Of a stretch of DNA of 64,000 bases, positions 1 to 12,300 are shown piece by piece. Location of the stretch: positions 16,492,001 through 16,556,000 of the forward strand of contig OZ024744.1 in the NCBI GenBank assembly GCA_964016885.1. The letters run 5' to 3'. Positions within the stretch are counted from its first letter, which is position 1; each line of letters begins with the position of its first letter. The notes under the pieces were generated by a model that was not told the DNA's origin, searched no databases, and saw only the letters and a program-made list of their open reading frames with translations. Origin of the DNA: Eledone cirrhosa (taxonomy: Eukaryota). A program made the translations under genes and the position numbers.

Positions 1-106
1 GTCCTGTGTTTACTGTAGGACTGTGTAAAGTGTACTGTTCACCTGAAGAATGTGTACTGTGTTTACTGTAGTACTGTGTAAAGTGTACTCTTCACCTGAA
101 GAATGT

Positions 107-167
107 GTCCTGTGTTTACTGTTTTACGCTGGTACTGTGTAAAGCGTACTGTTCACCTGACGAACGT
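107..167 (+). repeat. 61-bp insertion-variant monomer (net +8 bp, GTTTTACGCTGG) that marks the higher-order cassette
   Basis: Consensus TTTACTGT-A-GTACTG becomes TTTACTGT-TTTACGCTG-GTACTG, always linked to AAAGCGTA and CTGACGAA. Marker positions: ~121, 1931, 5261, 9560, 15080, 19379, 23256, 25278, 27088, 29216, 30390, 32465, 33003, 34124, 35669, 36472, 38547, 39986, 41054, 42758, 43827, 45584, 48966, 51465, 54441, 55721, 57691, 60031, 63007. Confidence 0.95.
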
Positions 168-2401
168 GTCCTGTATTTACTGTAGAACTGTGTAAAGTGT
201 ACTGTTCAGCTGAGGAATGTGTCCTGTGTTTACTGTAGTAGTGTGTAAAGTGTACTGTTCACCTGACGAATGTGTCCTGTGTTTACTATAGTACTGTGTA
301 AGATGTACTGTTCAGCTAACTAATGGTTCCTGTGTTTACTGTAGTACCGTGTAAAATGTACTCTTCACCTGAAGAATGTGTCCTGTGTTTACTATCGTAC
401 TGTGTAAAGTGTACTCTTCACCTGAAGAATGTGTCCAGTGATTGCTGCAGTACTGTGTAAAGTGTACCGTTCATCTGAAGAATGTGTCCTGTGTTTACTG
501 TAGTAATGTGTAAAGTGTACTGTTCACCTGACGAATGTGTCCTGTGTTTACTGTAGTAATGCGTAAAGTGTACTGTTCACCTGAAGAATGTGTCCTGTGT
601 TTACTGTAGTACTGTGTAAAGTGTACTGTTCACATGAAGAATGTGTCCTGTGTTTATTGTAGTACTGTGTAAAATGTAGTGTTCAGCTGAAGAATGTGTC
701 CTGTGTTTAATGTAGGACTGTGTAAATTGCACTGTTCACCTGAAAAATGTGTCCTGTGTTTACTGTAGTACTGTGTAAAGTGTACAGTTCACCTTAAGAA
801 AGTGTCCCATGTTTACTGTAGTACTGTGTAAAGTGTACTGTTCACCTGAAGAACGAGTCCTCTGTTTACTGTAGTACTGTGTAAAGCGTACTGTTCACCT
901 GAAGAATGTGTCCTGTGTTTACTCTAGTACTGTGTAAAGTGTAATGTTTACCTGAAGAATGTGTCCTGTGTTTACTGTAGTACTGTGTAAAGTGTACTGT
1001 TCACCTGAAGAATGTGTCCTGTGTTTACTGTAGTACTGTGTAAAATGTACTGTTCAGCTGAGGAATGTGTCCTGTGTTTACTTAAGTACTGTGTAAAGTG
1101 TACTGTTCTCCTGAAGAATGTGTCCTGTGTTTACTGTAGTACTGTGTAAAATGTACTGTTCACCTGAAGAATATATAGTGTGTTTACTGTAGTACTGTGT
1201 AAATTGTACTGTACACGTGAAGAATGTGTTCTGTGTTGACTGTAGTACTGTGTAAAGTGTACTGTTCAGCTGAGGAATGTTTCCTGCGTTTACTTTAGTA
1301 CTGTGTAAAGTATACTGTTCACCTGAAGAATGTGTCCTGTGATTACTGTAGTACTGTGTAAAGTGTACTGTTCACCTGAAGAATGTGTCCTGTGTTTACT
1401 GTAGTACTGTGTAAAGTGTACTGTTCAGCTGAAGAATGTGTCCTGTGTTTACTGTAGTACTGTGTAAAGTGTACTGTTCATCTGATGAATGTGTCCTGTG
1501 TTTACTGTAGTACTGTGTAAAGTGTACTGTTCACCTGAAGAATGTGTCCTGTGTTTACTGTAGTACTGTGTAAAGTGTACTGTTCAGCTGAAGAATGTGT
1601 CCTGTGTTTACTGTAGTACTGTGTAAAGTGTACTGTTTACCTGAAGAATGTGTCCTGTGTTTACTGTAGTAATGTGTAAAGTGTGCTGTTCAGCTGAAGT
1701 ATGTGTCCTGTGTTTACTGTAGTAATGTGTAAAGTGTACTGTTCACCTGAAGAATGTGTCCTGTGTTTACTGTAGTACAGTGTAAAGTATAATGCACAGC
1801 TGAAGAAAGTGTCCTGTGTTTACTGTAGGACTGTGTAAAGTGTACTGTTCACCTGAAGAATATGTACTGTGTTTACTGTAGTACTGTGTAAAGTGTACTC
1901 TTCACCTGAAGAATTTGTCCTGTGTTTACAGTTTTACGCTGGTACTGTGTAAAGCGTACTGTTCACCTGACGAATTTGTGCTGTGTTTACTGTAGAACTG
2001 TGTAAAGTGTACTGTTCAGCTGAGGAATGTGTCCTGTGTTTACTGTAGTAGTGTGTAAAGTTTACTGTTCACCTGACGAATGTGTCCTGTGTTTACTGTA
2101 GTACTGTGTAAGATGTACTGTTCAGCTAACTAATGGTTCCTGTGTTTACTGTAGTACCGTGTAAAATGTACTCTTCACCTGAAGAATGTGTCCTGTGTTT
2201 ACTATCGTACTGTGTAAAGTGTACTCTTCACCTGAAGAATGTGTCCTGTGTTTGCTGCAGTACTGTGTAAAGTGTACCGTTCAGCTGAAGAATGTGTCCT
2301 GTGTTTACTGTAGCACTGTGTAAAGTATACTGTTCACCTGAAGAATGTGTCCCGTGTTTACTGTAGTACTTTGTAAAGTGTACTGTTCACCTGACGAATG
2401 T

Positions 2402-2437
2402 GTCCTGTGTTTACTGTAGTGTTCAGCTGAAGAATGT
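2402..2437 (+). repeat. 36-bp truncated monomer (off-register deletion), copy 1
   Basis: Reads GTCCTGTGTTTACTGTAGT|GTTCAGCTGAAGAATGT. It replaces three monomers of the core cassette (compare 3762-3920), a 123-bp deletion. Confidence 0.9.
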
Positions 2438-3306
2438 GTCCTGTGTTTAATGTAGGACTGTGTAAATTGTACTGTTCACCTGGAAAATGTGTCTTGTGTT
2501 TACTGTAGTACTGTGTAAAGTGTACAGTTCACCTTAAGAAAGTGTCCCATGTTTACTGTAGTACTGTGTAAAGTGTACTGTTCACCTGAAGAACGAGTCC
2601 TGTGTTTAGTGTAGTACTGTGTAAAGTGTACTGTTCACCTGAAGAATGTGTCCTGTGTTTACTCTAGTACTGTGTAAAGTGTAATGTTTACCTGAAGAAT
2701 GTGTCCTGTGTTTACTGTAGTACTGTGTAAAGAGTACTGTTCACCTGAAGAATATGTCCCGTGTTTTCTGTAGTACTGTGTAAAGTGTACTGTTCACCTG
2801 AAGAATGTGTCCTGTGTTTACTGTAGTACTGTGTAAAGTGTACTGTTCAGCTGAGGAATGTGTCCTGTGTTTACTTAAGTACTGTGTAAAGTGTACTGTT
2901 CTCCTGAAGAATGTGTCCTGTGTTTACTGTAGTACTGTGTAAAATGTACTGTTCACCTGAAGAATATATCGTGTGTTTACTGTAGTACTGTGTAAATTGT
3001 ACTGTACACGTGAAGAATGTGTTCTGTGTTGACTGTAGTACTGTGTAAAGTGTACTGTTCAGCTGAGGAATGTTTCCTGCGTTTACTTTAGTACTGTGTA
3101 AAGTATACTGTTCACCTGACGAATGTGTCCTGTGATTACTGTAGTACTGTGTAAAGTGTACTGTTCACCTGAAGAATGTGTCCTGTGTTTACTGTAGTAC
3201 TGTGTAAAGTGTACTGTTCACCTGACGAATGTGTCCTGTGTTTACTGTAGTAATGTGTAAAGTGTGCGGTTCAGCTGAAGAATGTGTCCTGTGTTTACTG
3301 TAGTAA

Positions 3307-6300
3307 TGTGTAAAGTGTACTGTTCACCTGAAGAATATTCCCGTGTTTACTGTAGTACTGTGTAAAGTGTACTCTTCACCTGAAGAATGTGTCCTGTGTT
3401 TACTGTAGTAGTGTGTAAAGTGTACTGTTCACCTGACGAATGTGTCCTGTGTTTACTGTAGTACTGTGTAAGATGTACTGTTCAGCTAAGAAATGGTTCC
3501 TGTGTTTACTGTAGTACCTTGTAAAATGTACTCTTCTCCTGAAGAATGTGTCCTGTGTTTAATATCGTACTGTGTAAAGTGTACTCTTCACCTGAAGAAT
3601 GTGTCCTGTGTTTGCTGCAGTACTGTGTAAAGTGTACCGTTCAGCTGAAGAATGTGTCCTGTGTTTACTGTAGCACTGTGTAAAGTATACTGTTCACCTG
3701 AAGAATGTGTCCTGTGTTTACTGTAGTAATGTGTAAAGTGTACTGTTCACCTGACGAATGTGTCCTGTGTTTACTGTAGTAATGCGTAAAGTGTACTGTT
3801 CACCTTAAGAATGTGTCCTGTGTTTACTGTAGTACTGTGTAAAGTGTACTGTTCACATGAAGAATGTGTCCTGCGTTTATTGTAGTACTGTGTAAAATGT
3901 AGTGTTCAGCTGAAGAATGTGTCCTGTGTTTAATGTAGGACTGTGTAAATTGTACTGTTCACCTGAAAAATGTGTCCTGTGTTTACTGTAGTACTGTGTA
4001 AAGTGTACTGTTCACCTGAAGAATGTGTCCTGTGTTTACTCTAGTACTGTGTAACGTGTAATGTTTACCTGAAGAATGTGTCCTGTGTTTACTGTAGTAC
4101 TGTGTAAAGTGTACTGTTCACCTGAAGAATATGTCCCGTGTTTTCTGTAGTACTGTGTAAAGTGTACTGTTCACCTGAAGAATGTGTCCTGTGTTTACTG
4201 TAGTACTGTGTAAAGTGTACTGTTTAGCTGAAGAATGTGTCCAGTGTTTACTGTAGTACTGTGTAAAGTGTACTGTTCACCTGACGAAAATGTCCTGTGT
4301 TTACTGTAGTACTGTGTAAAGTGTACTGTTCAGCTGATGAATGTGTCCTGTGTTTACTGTAGTAGTGTGTAAAGTGTACTGTTCAGCTGAGGAATGTGTT
4401 CTGTGTTTATTGTAGTACTGTGTTTAGTGTAATTTTCACCTGAAGAATGTGTCCTGTGTTTATTGTAGTACTGTGTAAAGTGTACTGTTCAGCTGAAGAA
4501 TGTGTCCTCTGTTTACTGTAGTAACGTGTAAAGTTTTACTGTTCACCTGACGAATGTGTCCTGTGTTTACTGTAGTACTGTGTAAAGTGTACTGTTCACC
4601 AGAAGAATGTGTCCTGTGTTTACTGTAGTACTGTGTAAAGTGTACTGTTCACCTGGGGTATGTGTCCTGTGTTTACTGTAGTACTGTGTACAGTGTACTG
4701 TTCAGCTGAAGAATGTGTCCTGTGTTTACTGTAGTACTGTCTAAAGTGTACTGTTCACCTGACGAATGTGTCCTGTGTTTACTTTAGTACTGTGTAAAGT
4801 GTACTGTTCACCTGAAGAATGTGTCCTGTGTTTACTGTAGTACTGTGTAAAGTGTACTGTTCAGCTGAAGAATGTGTCCTGTGTTTACTGTAGCACTGTG
4901 TAAAGTGTACTGTTCACCTGAAGAATGTGTCCTGTGTTTACTGTAGTAATGTGTAAAGTGTGCTGTTCAGCTGAAGAATGTGTCCTGTGTTTACTGTAGC
5001 ACTGTGTAAAGTGTACTGTTCACCTGAAGAATATGTCCCGTGTTTACTGTAGTACTGTGTAAAGTGTACTCTTCACCTGAAGAATGTGTCCTGTGTTTAC
5101 TGTAGTACTGTGTAAAGTATAATGCACAGCTGAAGAAAGTGTCCTGTGTTTACTGTAGGACTGTGTAAAGTGTACTGTTCACCTGAAGAATGTGTACTGT
5201 GTTTACTGTAGTACTGTGTAAAGTGTACTCTTCACCTGAAGAATGTGTCCTGTGTTTACTGTTTTACGCTGGTACTGTGTAAAGCGTACTGTTCACCTGA
5301 CGAACGTGTCCTGTGTTTACTGTAGAACTGTGTAAAGTGTACTGTTCAGCTGAGGAATGTGTCCTGTGTTTACTGTAGTAGTGTGTAAAGTGTACTGTTC
5401 ACCTGACGAATGTGTCCTGTGTTTACTGTAGTACTGTGTAAGATGTACTGTTCAGCTAACTAATGGTTCCTGTGTTTACTGTAGTACCGTGTAAAATGTA
5501 CTCTTCACCTGATGAATGTGTCCTGTGTTTACTATCGTACTGTGTAAAGTGTACTCTTCACCTGAAGAATGTGTCCAGTGTTTGCTGCAGTACTGTGTAA
5601 AGTGTACCGTTCAGCTGAAGAATGTGTCCTGTGTTTACTGTAGCACTGTGTAAAGTATACTGTTCACCTGAGGAATGTGTCCTGTGTTTACTGTAGTAAT
5701 GTGTAAAGTGTACTGTTCACCTGACGAATGTGTCCTGTGTTTACTGTAGTAATGCGTAAAGTGTACTGTTCACCTGAGGAATGTGTCCTGTGTTTACTGT
5801 AGTACTGTGTAAAGTGTACTGTTCACATGAAGAATGTGTCCTGTGTTTATTGTAGTACTGTGTAAAATGTAGTGTTCAGCTGAAGAATGTGTCCTGTGTT
5901 TAATGTAGGACTGTGTAACTTGTATTGTTCACCTGAAAAATGTGTCCTGTGTTTACTGTAGTACTGTGTAAAGTGTACAGTTCACCTTAAGAAAGTGTCC
6001 CATGTTTACTGTTGTACTGTGTAAAGTGTACTGTTCACCTGAAGAACGAGTCCTGTGTTTACTGTAGTACTGTGTAAAGTGTACTGTTCACCTGAAGAAT
6101 GTGTCCTCTGTTTACTCTAGTACTGTGTAAAGTGTAATGTTTACCTGAAGAATGTATCCTGTGTTTACTGTAGTACTGTGTAAAGTGTACTGTTCACCTG
6201 AAGAATATGTCCCGTGTTTTCTGTAGTACTGTGTAAAGTGTACTGTTCACCTGAAGAATGTGTCCTCTGTTTACTCTAGTACTGTGTAAAGTGTAATGTT

Positions 6301-9300
6301 TACCTGAAGAATGTATCCTGTGTTTACTGTAGTACTGTGTAACGTGTACTGTTCACCTGAAGAATGTGTCCTGTGTTTACTGTAGTACTGTGTAAAATGT
6401 ACTGTTCACCTGAAGAATATATCGTGTGTTTCCTGTAGTACTGTGTAAATTGTACTGTACACGTGAAGAATGTGTTCTGTGTTTGACTGTAGTACTGTGT
6501 AAAGTGTACTGTTCAGCTGAGGAATGTTTCCTGCGTTTACTTTAGTACTGTGTAAAGTATACTGTTCACCTGACGAATGTGTCCTGTGATTACTGTAGTA
6601 CTGTGTAAAGTGTACTGTTCACCTGAAGAATGTGTCCTGTGTTTACTGTAGTACTGTGTAAAGTGTACTGTTCACCTGACGAATGTGTCCTGTGTTTACT
6701 GTAGTAATGTGTAAAGTGTGCGGTTCAGCTGAAGAATGTGTCCTGTGTTTACTGTAGTAATGTGTAAAGTGTACTGTTCACCTGAAGAATATTCCCGTGT
6801 TTACTGTAGTACTGTGTAAAGTGTACTGTTCACATGAAGAATGTGTCCTGTGTTTACTGTAGTACTGTGTAAAGTGTACTGTTCACCTGAAGAATGTGTC
6901 CTGTGTTTACTGTAGTACTTTGTAAAATGTACTGTTCTCCTGAAGAATATATCGTGTGTTTACTGTAGTACTGTGTAAATTGTACTGTACACGTGAAGAA
7001 TGTGTTCTGTGTTGACTGTAGTACTGTGTAAAGTGTACTGTTCAGCTGAGGAATGTTTCCTGCGTTTACTTTAGTACTGTGTAAAGTATACTGTTCACCT
7101 GACGAATGTGTCCTGTGATTACTGTAGTACTGTGTAAAGTGTACTGTTCACCTGAACAATGTGTCCTGTGTTTACTGTAGTACTGTGTAAAGTGTACTGT
7201 TCAGCTGAAGAATGTGTCCTGTGTTTACTGTAGTACTGTGTAAAGTGTACTGTTCACCTGACGAATGTGTCCTGTGTTTACTGTAGTAATGTGTAAAGTG
7301 TGCGGTTCAGCTGAAGAATGTGTCCTGTTTTTACTGTAGTAACGTGTAAAGTGTACTGTTCACCTGAAGAATATTCCCGTGTTTACTGAAGTACTGTGTA
7401 AAGTGTACTCTTCACCTGAAGAATATATCGTGTGTTTACTGTAGTACTGTGTAAATTGTACTGTTCAGCTGAGGAATGTTTCTTGCGTTTACTTTAGTAC
7501 TGTGTAAAGTATACTGTTCACCTGACGAATGTGTCCTGCGTTTACTGTAGTACTGTGTAAAGTGTACTGTTCAGCTGAAGAATGTGTCCTGTGTTTACTG
7601 TAGTACTGTGTAAAGTGTACTGTTCACCTGACGAATGTGTCCTGTGTTTACTGTAGTAATGTGTAAAGTGTGCGGTTCAGCTGAAGAATGTGTCCTGTGT
7701 TTACTGTAGTAATATGTAAAGTGTACTGTTCACCTGAAGAATATTCCCGTGTTTACTGTAGTACTGTGTAAAGTGTACTCTTCACCTGAAGAATGTGTCC
7801 TGTGTTTACTGTAGTAGTGTGTAAAGTGTACTGTTCACCTGACGAATGTGTCCTGTGTTTACTGTAGTACTGTGTAAGATGTACTGTTCAGCTAACTAAT
7901 GGTTCCTGTGTTTAATGTAGTACCGTGTAAAATGTACTCTTCACCTGAAGAATGTGTCCTGTGTTTACTATCGTACTGTGTAAAGTGTACTCTTCACCTG
8001 AAGAATGTGTCCTGTGTTTGCTGCAGTACTGTGTAAAGTGTACCGTTCAGCTGAAGAATGTGTCCTGTGTTTACTGTAGCACTGTGTAAAGTATACTGTT
8101 CACCTGAAGAATGTGTCCTGTGTTTACTGTAGTAATGTGTAAAGTGTACTGTTCACCCGACTAATGTGTCCTGTGTTTACTGTAGTAATGCGTAAAGTGT
8201 ACTGTTCACCTGAAGAATGTGTCCTGTGTTTACTGTAGTACTGTGTAAAGTGTACTGTTCACATGAAGAATGTGTCCTGCGTTTATTGTAGTACTGTGTA
8301 AAATGTAGTGTTCAGCTGAAGAATGTGTCCTGTGTTTAATGTAGGACTGTGTAAATTGTACTGTTCACCTGAAAAATGTGTCCTGTGTTTACTGTAGTAC
8401 TGTGTAAAGTGTACAGTTCACCTTAAGAAAGTGTCCCATGTTTACTGTAGTACTGTGTAAAGTGTACTGTTAACCTGAAGAACGAGTCCTGTGTTTACTG
8501 TAGTACTGTGTAAAGTGTACTGTTCACCTGAAGAATGTGTCCTGTGTTTACTCTAGTACTGTGTAAAGTGTAATGTTTACCTGAAGAATGTGTCCTGTGT
8601 TTACTGTAGTACTGTGTAAAGTGTACTGTTCACCTGAAGAATATGTCCCGTGTTTTCTGTAGTACTGTGTAAAGTGTACTGTTCACCTGAAGAATGTGTC
8701 CTGTGTTTACTGTAGTACTGTGTAAAGTGTACTGTTTAGCTGAAGAATGTGTCCAGTGTTTACTGTAGTACTGTGTAAAGTGTACTGTTCACCTGACGAA
8801 AATGTCCTGTGTTTACTGTAGTACTGTGTAAAGTGTACTGTTCAGCTGATGAATGTGTCCTGTGTTTACTGTAGTAGTGTGTAAAGTGTACTGTTCAGCT
8901 GAGGAATGTGTCCTGTGTTTATTGTAGTACTGTGTTTAGTGTAATTTTCACCTGAAGAATGTGTCCTGTGTTTATTGTAGTACTGTGTAAAGTGTACTGT
9001 TCAGCTGAAGAATATGTCCTCTGTTTACTGTAGTAACGTGTAAAGTGTACTGTTCAACTGACGAATGTGTCCTGTGTTTACTGTAGTACTGTGTAAAGTG
9101 TACTGTTCACCTGAAGAATGTGTCCTGTGTTTACTGTAGTACTGTGTAAAGTGTACTGTGCAGCTGAAGAATGTGTCCTGTGTTTACTGTAGTACTGTGT
9201 AAAGTATACTGTTCACCTGAAGAATGTGTCCTGTGTTTACTGTAGTAATGTGTAAAGCGTGCTGTTCAGCTGAAGAATGTGTCCTGTGTTTACTGTAGTA

Positions 9301-12300
9301 ATGTGTAAAGTGTACTGTTCACCTGAAGAATATGTCCCGTGTTTACTGTAGTACTGTGTAAAGTGTACTCTTCACCTGAAGAATGTGTCCTGTGTTTACT
9401 GTAGTACTGTGTAAAGTATAATGCACAGCTGAAGAAAGTGTCCTGTGTTTACTGTAGGACTGTGTAAAGTGTACTGTTCACCTGAAGAATGTGTACTGTG
9501 TTTACTGTAGTACTGTGTAAAGTGTACTCTTCACCTGAAGAATGTGTCCTGTGTTTACTGTTTTACGCTGGTACTGTGTAAAGCGTACTGTTCACCTGAC
9601 GAACGTGTCCTGTGTTTACTGTAGAACTGTGTAATGTGTACTGTTCAGCTGAGGAATGTGTCCTGTGTTTACTGTAGTAGTGTGTAAAGTGTACTGTTCA
9701 CCTGACGAATGTGTCCTGTGTTTACTGTAGTACTGTGTAAGATGTACTGTTCAGCTAACTAATGGTTCCTGTGTTTACTGTAGTACCGTGTAAAATGTAC
9801 TCTTCACCTGAAGAATGTGTCCTGTGTTTACTATCGTACTGTGTAAAGTGTACTCTTCACCTGAAGAATGTGTCCAGTGTTTGCTGCAGTACTGTGTAAA
9901 GTGTACCGTTCAGCTGAAGAATGTGTCCTGTGTTTACTGTAGCACTGTGTAAAGTATACTGTTCACCTGAGGAATGTGTCCTGTGTTTACTGTAGTAATG
10001 TGTAAAGTGTACTGTTCACCTGACGAATGTGTCCTGTGTTTACTGTAGTAATGCGTAAAGTGTACTGTTCACCTGAAGAATGTGTCCTGTGTTTACTGTA
10101 GTACTGTGTAAAGTGTACTGTTCACATGAAGAATGTGTCCTGTGTTTATTGTAGTACTGTGAAAAACGTAGTGTTCAGCTGAAGAATGTGTCCTGTGTTT
10201 AATGTAGGACTGTGTAAATTGTATTGTTCACCTGAAAAATGTGTCCTGTGTTTACTGTAGTACTGTGTAAAGTGTACAGTTCACCTTAAGAAAGTGTCCC
10301 ATGTTTACTGTAGTACTGTGTAAAGTGTACTGTTCACCTGAAGAACGAGTCCTGTGTTTACTGTAGTACTGTGTAAAGTGTAATGTTTACCTGAAGAATG
10401 TATCCTGTGTTTACTGTAGTACTGTGTAAAGTGTACTGTTCACCTGAAGAATATGTCCCGTGTTTTCTGTAGTACTGTGTAAAGTGTACTGTTCACCTGA
10501 AGAATGTGTCCTGTGTTTACTGTAGTACTGTGTAAAGTGTACTGTTCAGCTGAGGAATGTTTCCTGCGTTTACTTTAGTACAGTGTAATGTGTACTGTTC
10601 ACGTGAAGAATGTGTTCTGTGTTGACTGTAGTACTGTGTAAAGTGTACTGTTCACCTGAAGAATGTGTCCTGTGTTTACTGTAGTACTGTGTAACGTGTA
10701 CTGTTCACCTGAAGAATGTGTCCTGTGTTTACTGTAGTACTGTGTAAAGTGTACTGTTCACCTGAAGAATGTGTCCTGTGTTTATTGTAGTACTGTGTAA
10801 AGTGTACTGTTCAGCTGAAGAATGTGTCCTCTGTTTACTGTAGTAACGTGTAAACTGTACTGTTCACCTGAAGAATGTGTCCTGTGTTTACTGTAGTACT
10901 GTGTAAAGTGTACTGTTCACCTGAAGAATGTGTCCTGTGTTTACTGTAGTAATGTGTAAAGTGTACTGTTCAGCTGACGAATGGTTCCTGTATTTTCTGT
11001 AGTAATGTGTAAAGTGTACTGTTCACCTGAAGTATGTGTCCTGTGTTTACTGTAGTAATGTGTAAAGTGTACTGTTCACCTGAAGAATGTGTCCTGTGTT
11101 TACTGTAGTACTGTGTAAAGTGTACTGTTCACCTGAAGCATGTGTCCTGTGTTTACTGTAGTACTGTGTAAAGTGTACTGTTCGCCTGAAGAATGTGTCC
11201 TGTGTTTAATGTCGTACTGTGTAAAGTGTACTGTTCAGCTGAAGAATGTGTCCTGTGTTTACTCTAGTACTGTGTAAAGTGTACTGTTCACCTGAAGAAT
11301 ATGTCCTCTGTTTAACTTAGTAATGTGTAAAGTGTACTCTTCACCTGAAGAATGTGTCCTGTGTTTACTGTGGTACTGTGTAAAGTGTACTGTTCAGCTG
11401 AAGAATGTATCCTGTGTTTACTGTAGTACAGTGTACAGTGTACTGTTCAGTTGAAGTATGTGTCCCGTGTTTACTGTAGTACTGTGTAACGTGTACTGTT
11501 CACCTGAAGAATGTGTCCTGTGTTTACTGTAGTACTGTTTAAAGTGTACTGTTCAGCTGAAGAATGTGTCCTGTGTTTATTGTAGTACTGTGTAACGTGT
11601 ACTGTTCACCTGAAGAATGTGTCCTGTGTTTACTGTAGTAACCTGTAAAGTGTACTGTTCACCTGACGAATGTGTCCTGTGTTTACTGTAGTAATGCGTA
11701 TGGTGTACTGTTCACCTGAAGAATGTGTCCTGTGTTTACTGTAGTACTGTGTAAAGTGTACTGTTCACATGAAGAATGTGTCCTGCGTTTATTGTAGTAC
11801 TGTGTAAAATGTAGTGTTCAGCTGAAGAATGTGTCCTGTGTTTAATGTAGGACTGTGTAAATTGTACTGTTCACCTGAAAAATGTGTCCTGTGTTTACTG
11901 TAGTACTGTGTAAAGTGTACAGTTCACCTTAAGAAAGTGTCCCATGTTTACTGTAGTACTGTGTAAAGTGTACTGTTCACCTGAAGAACGAGTCCTGTGT
12001 TTACTGTAGTACTGTGTAAAGTGTACTGTTCACCTGAAGATTGTGTCCTGTGTTTACTCTAGTACTGTGTAAAGTGTAATGTTTACCTGAAGAATGTGTC
12101 CTGTGTTTACTGTAGTACTGTGTAAAGTGTACTGTTCACCTGAAGAATATGTCCCGTGTTTTCTGTAGTACTGTGTAAAGTGTACTGTTTAGCTGAACAA
12201 TGTGTCCAGTGTTTACTGTAGTACTGTGTAAAGTGTACTGTTCACCTGACGAAAATGTCCTGTGTTTACTGTAGTACTGTGTAAAGTGTACTGTTCAGCT

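Noticed and set aside
30-41. Steroid-receptor element (TGTAC/TGTTC half-sites)
   Set aside because: The half-sites lack the inverted arrangement with a 3-bp spacer.
5118-5124. TATAAT bacterial -10 box in the TATAATGCAC variant
   Set aside because: It is a chance product of substitutions in a satellite monomer, with no -35 element and no downstream gene.
11180-11200. CENP-B box at the TTCGCCTGAAG variant
   Set aside because: It has TTCG but lacks the downstream CGGG required by NTTCGNNNNANNCGGGN.
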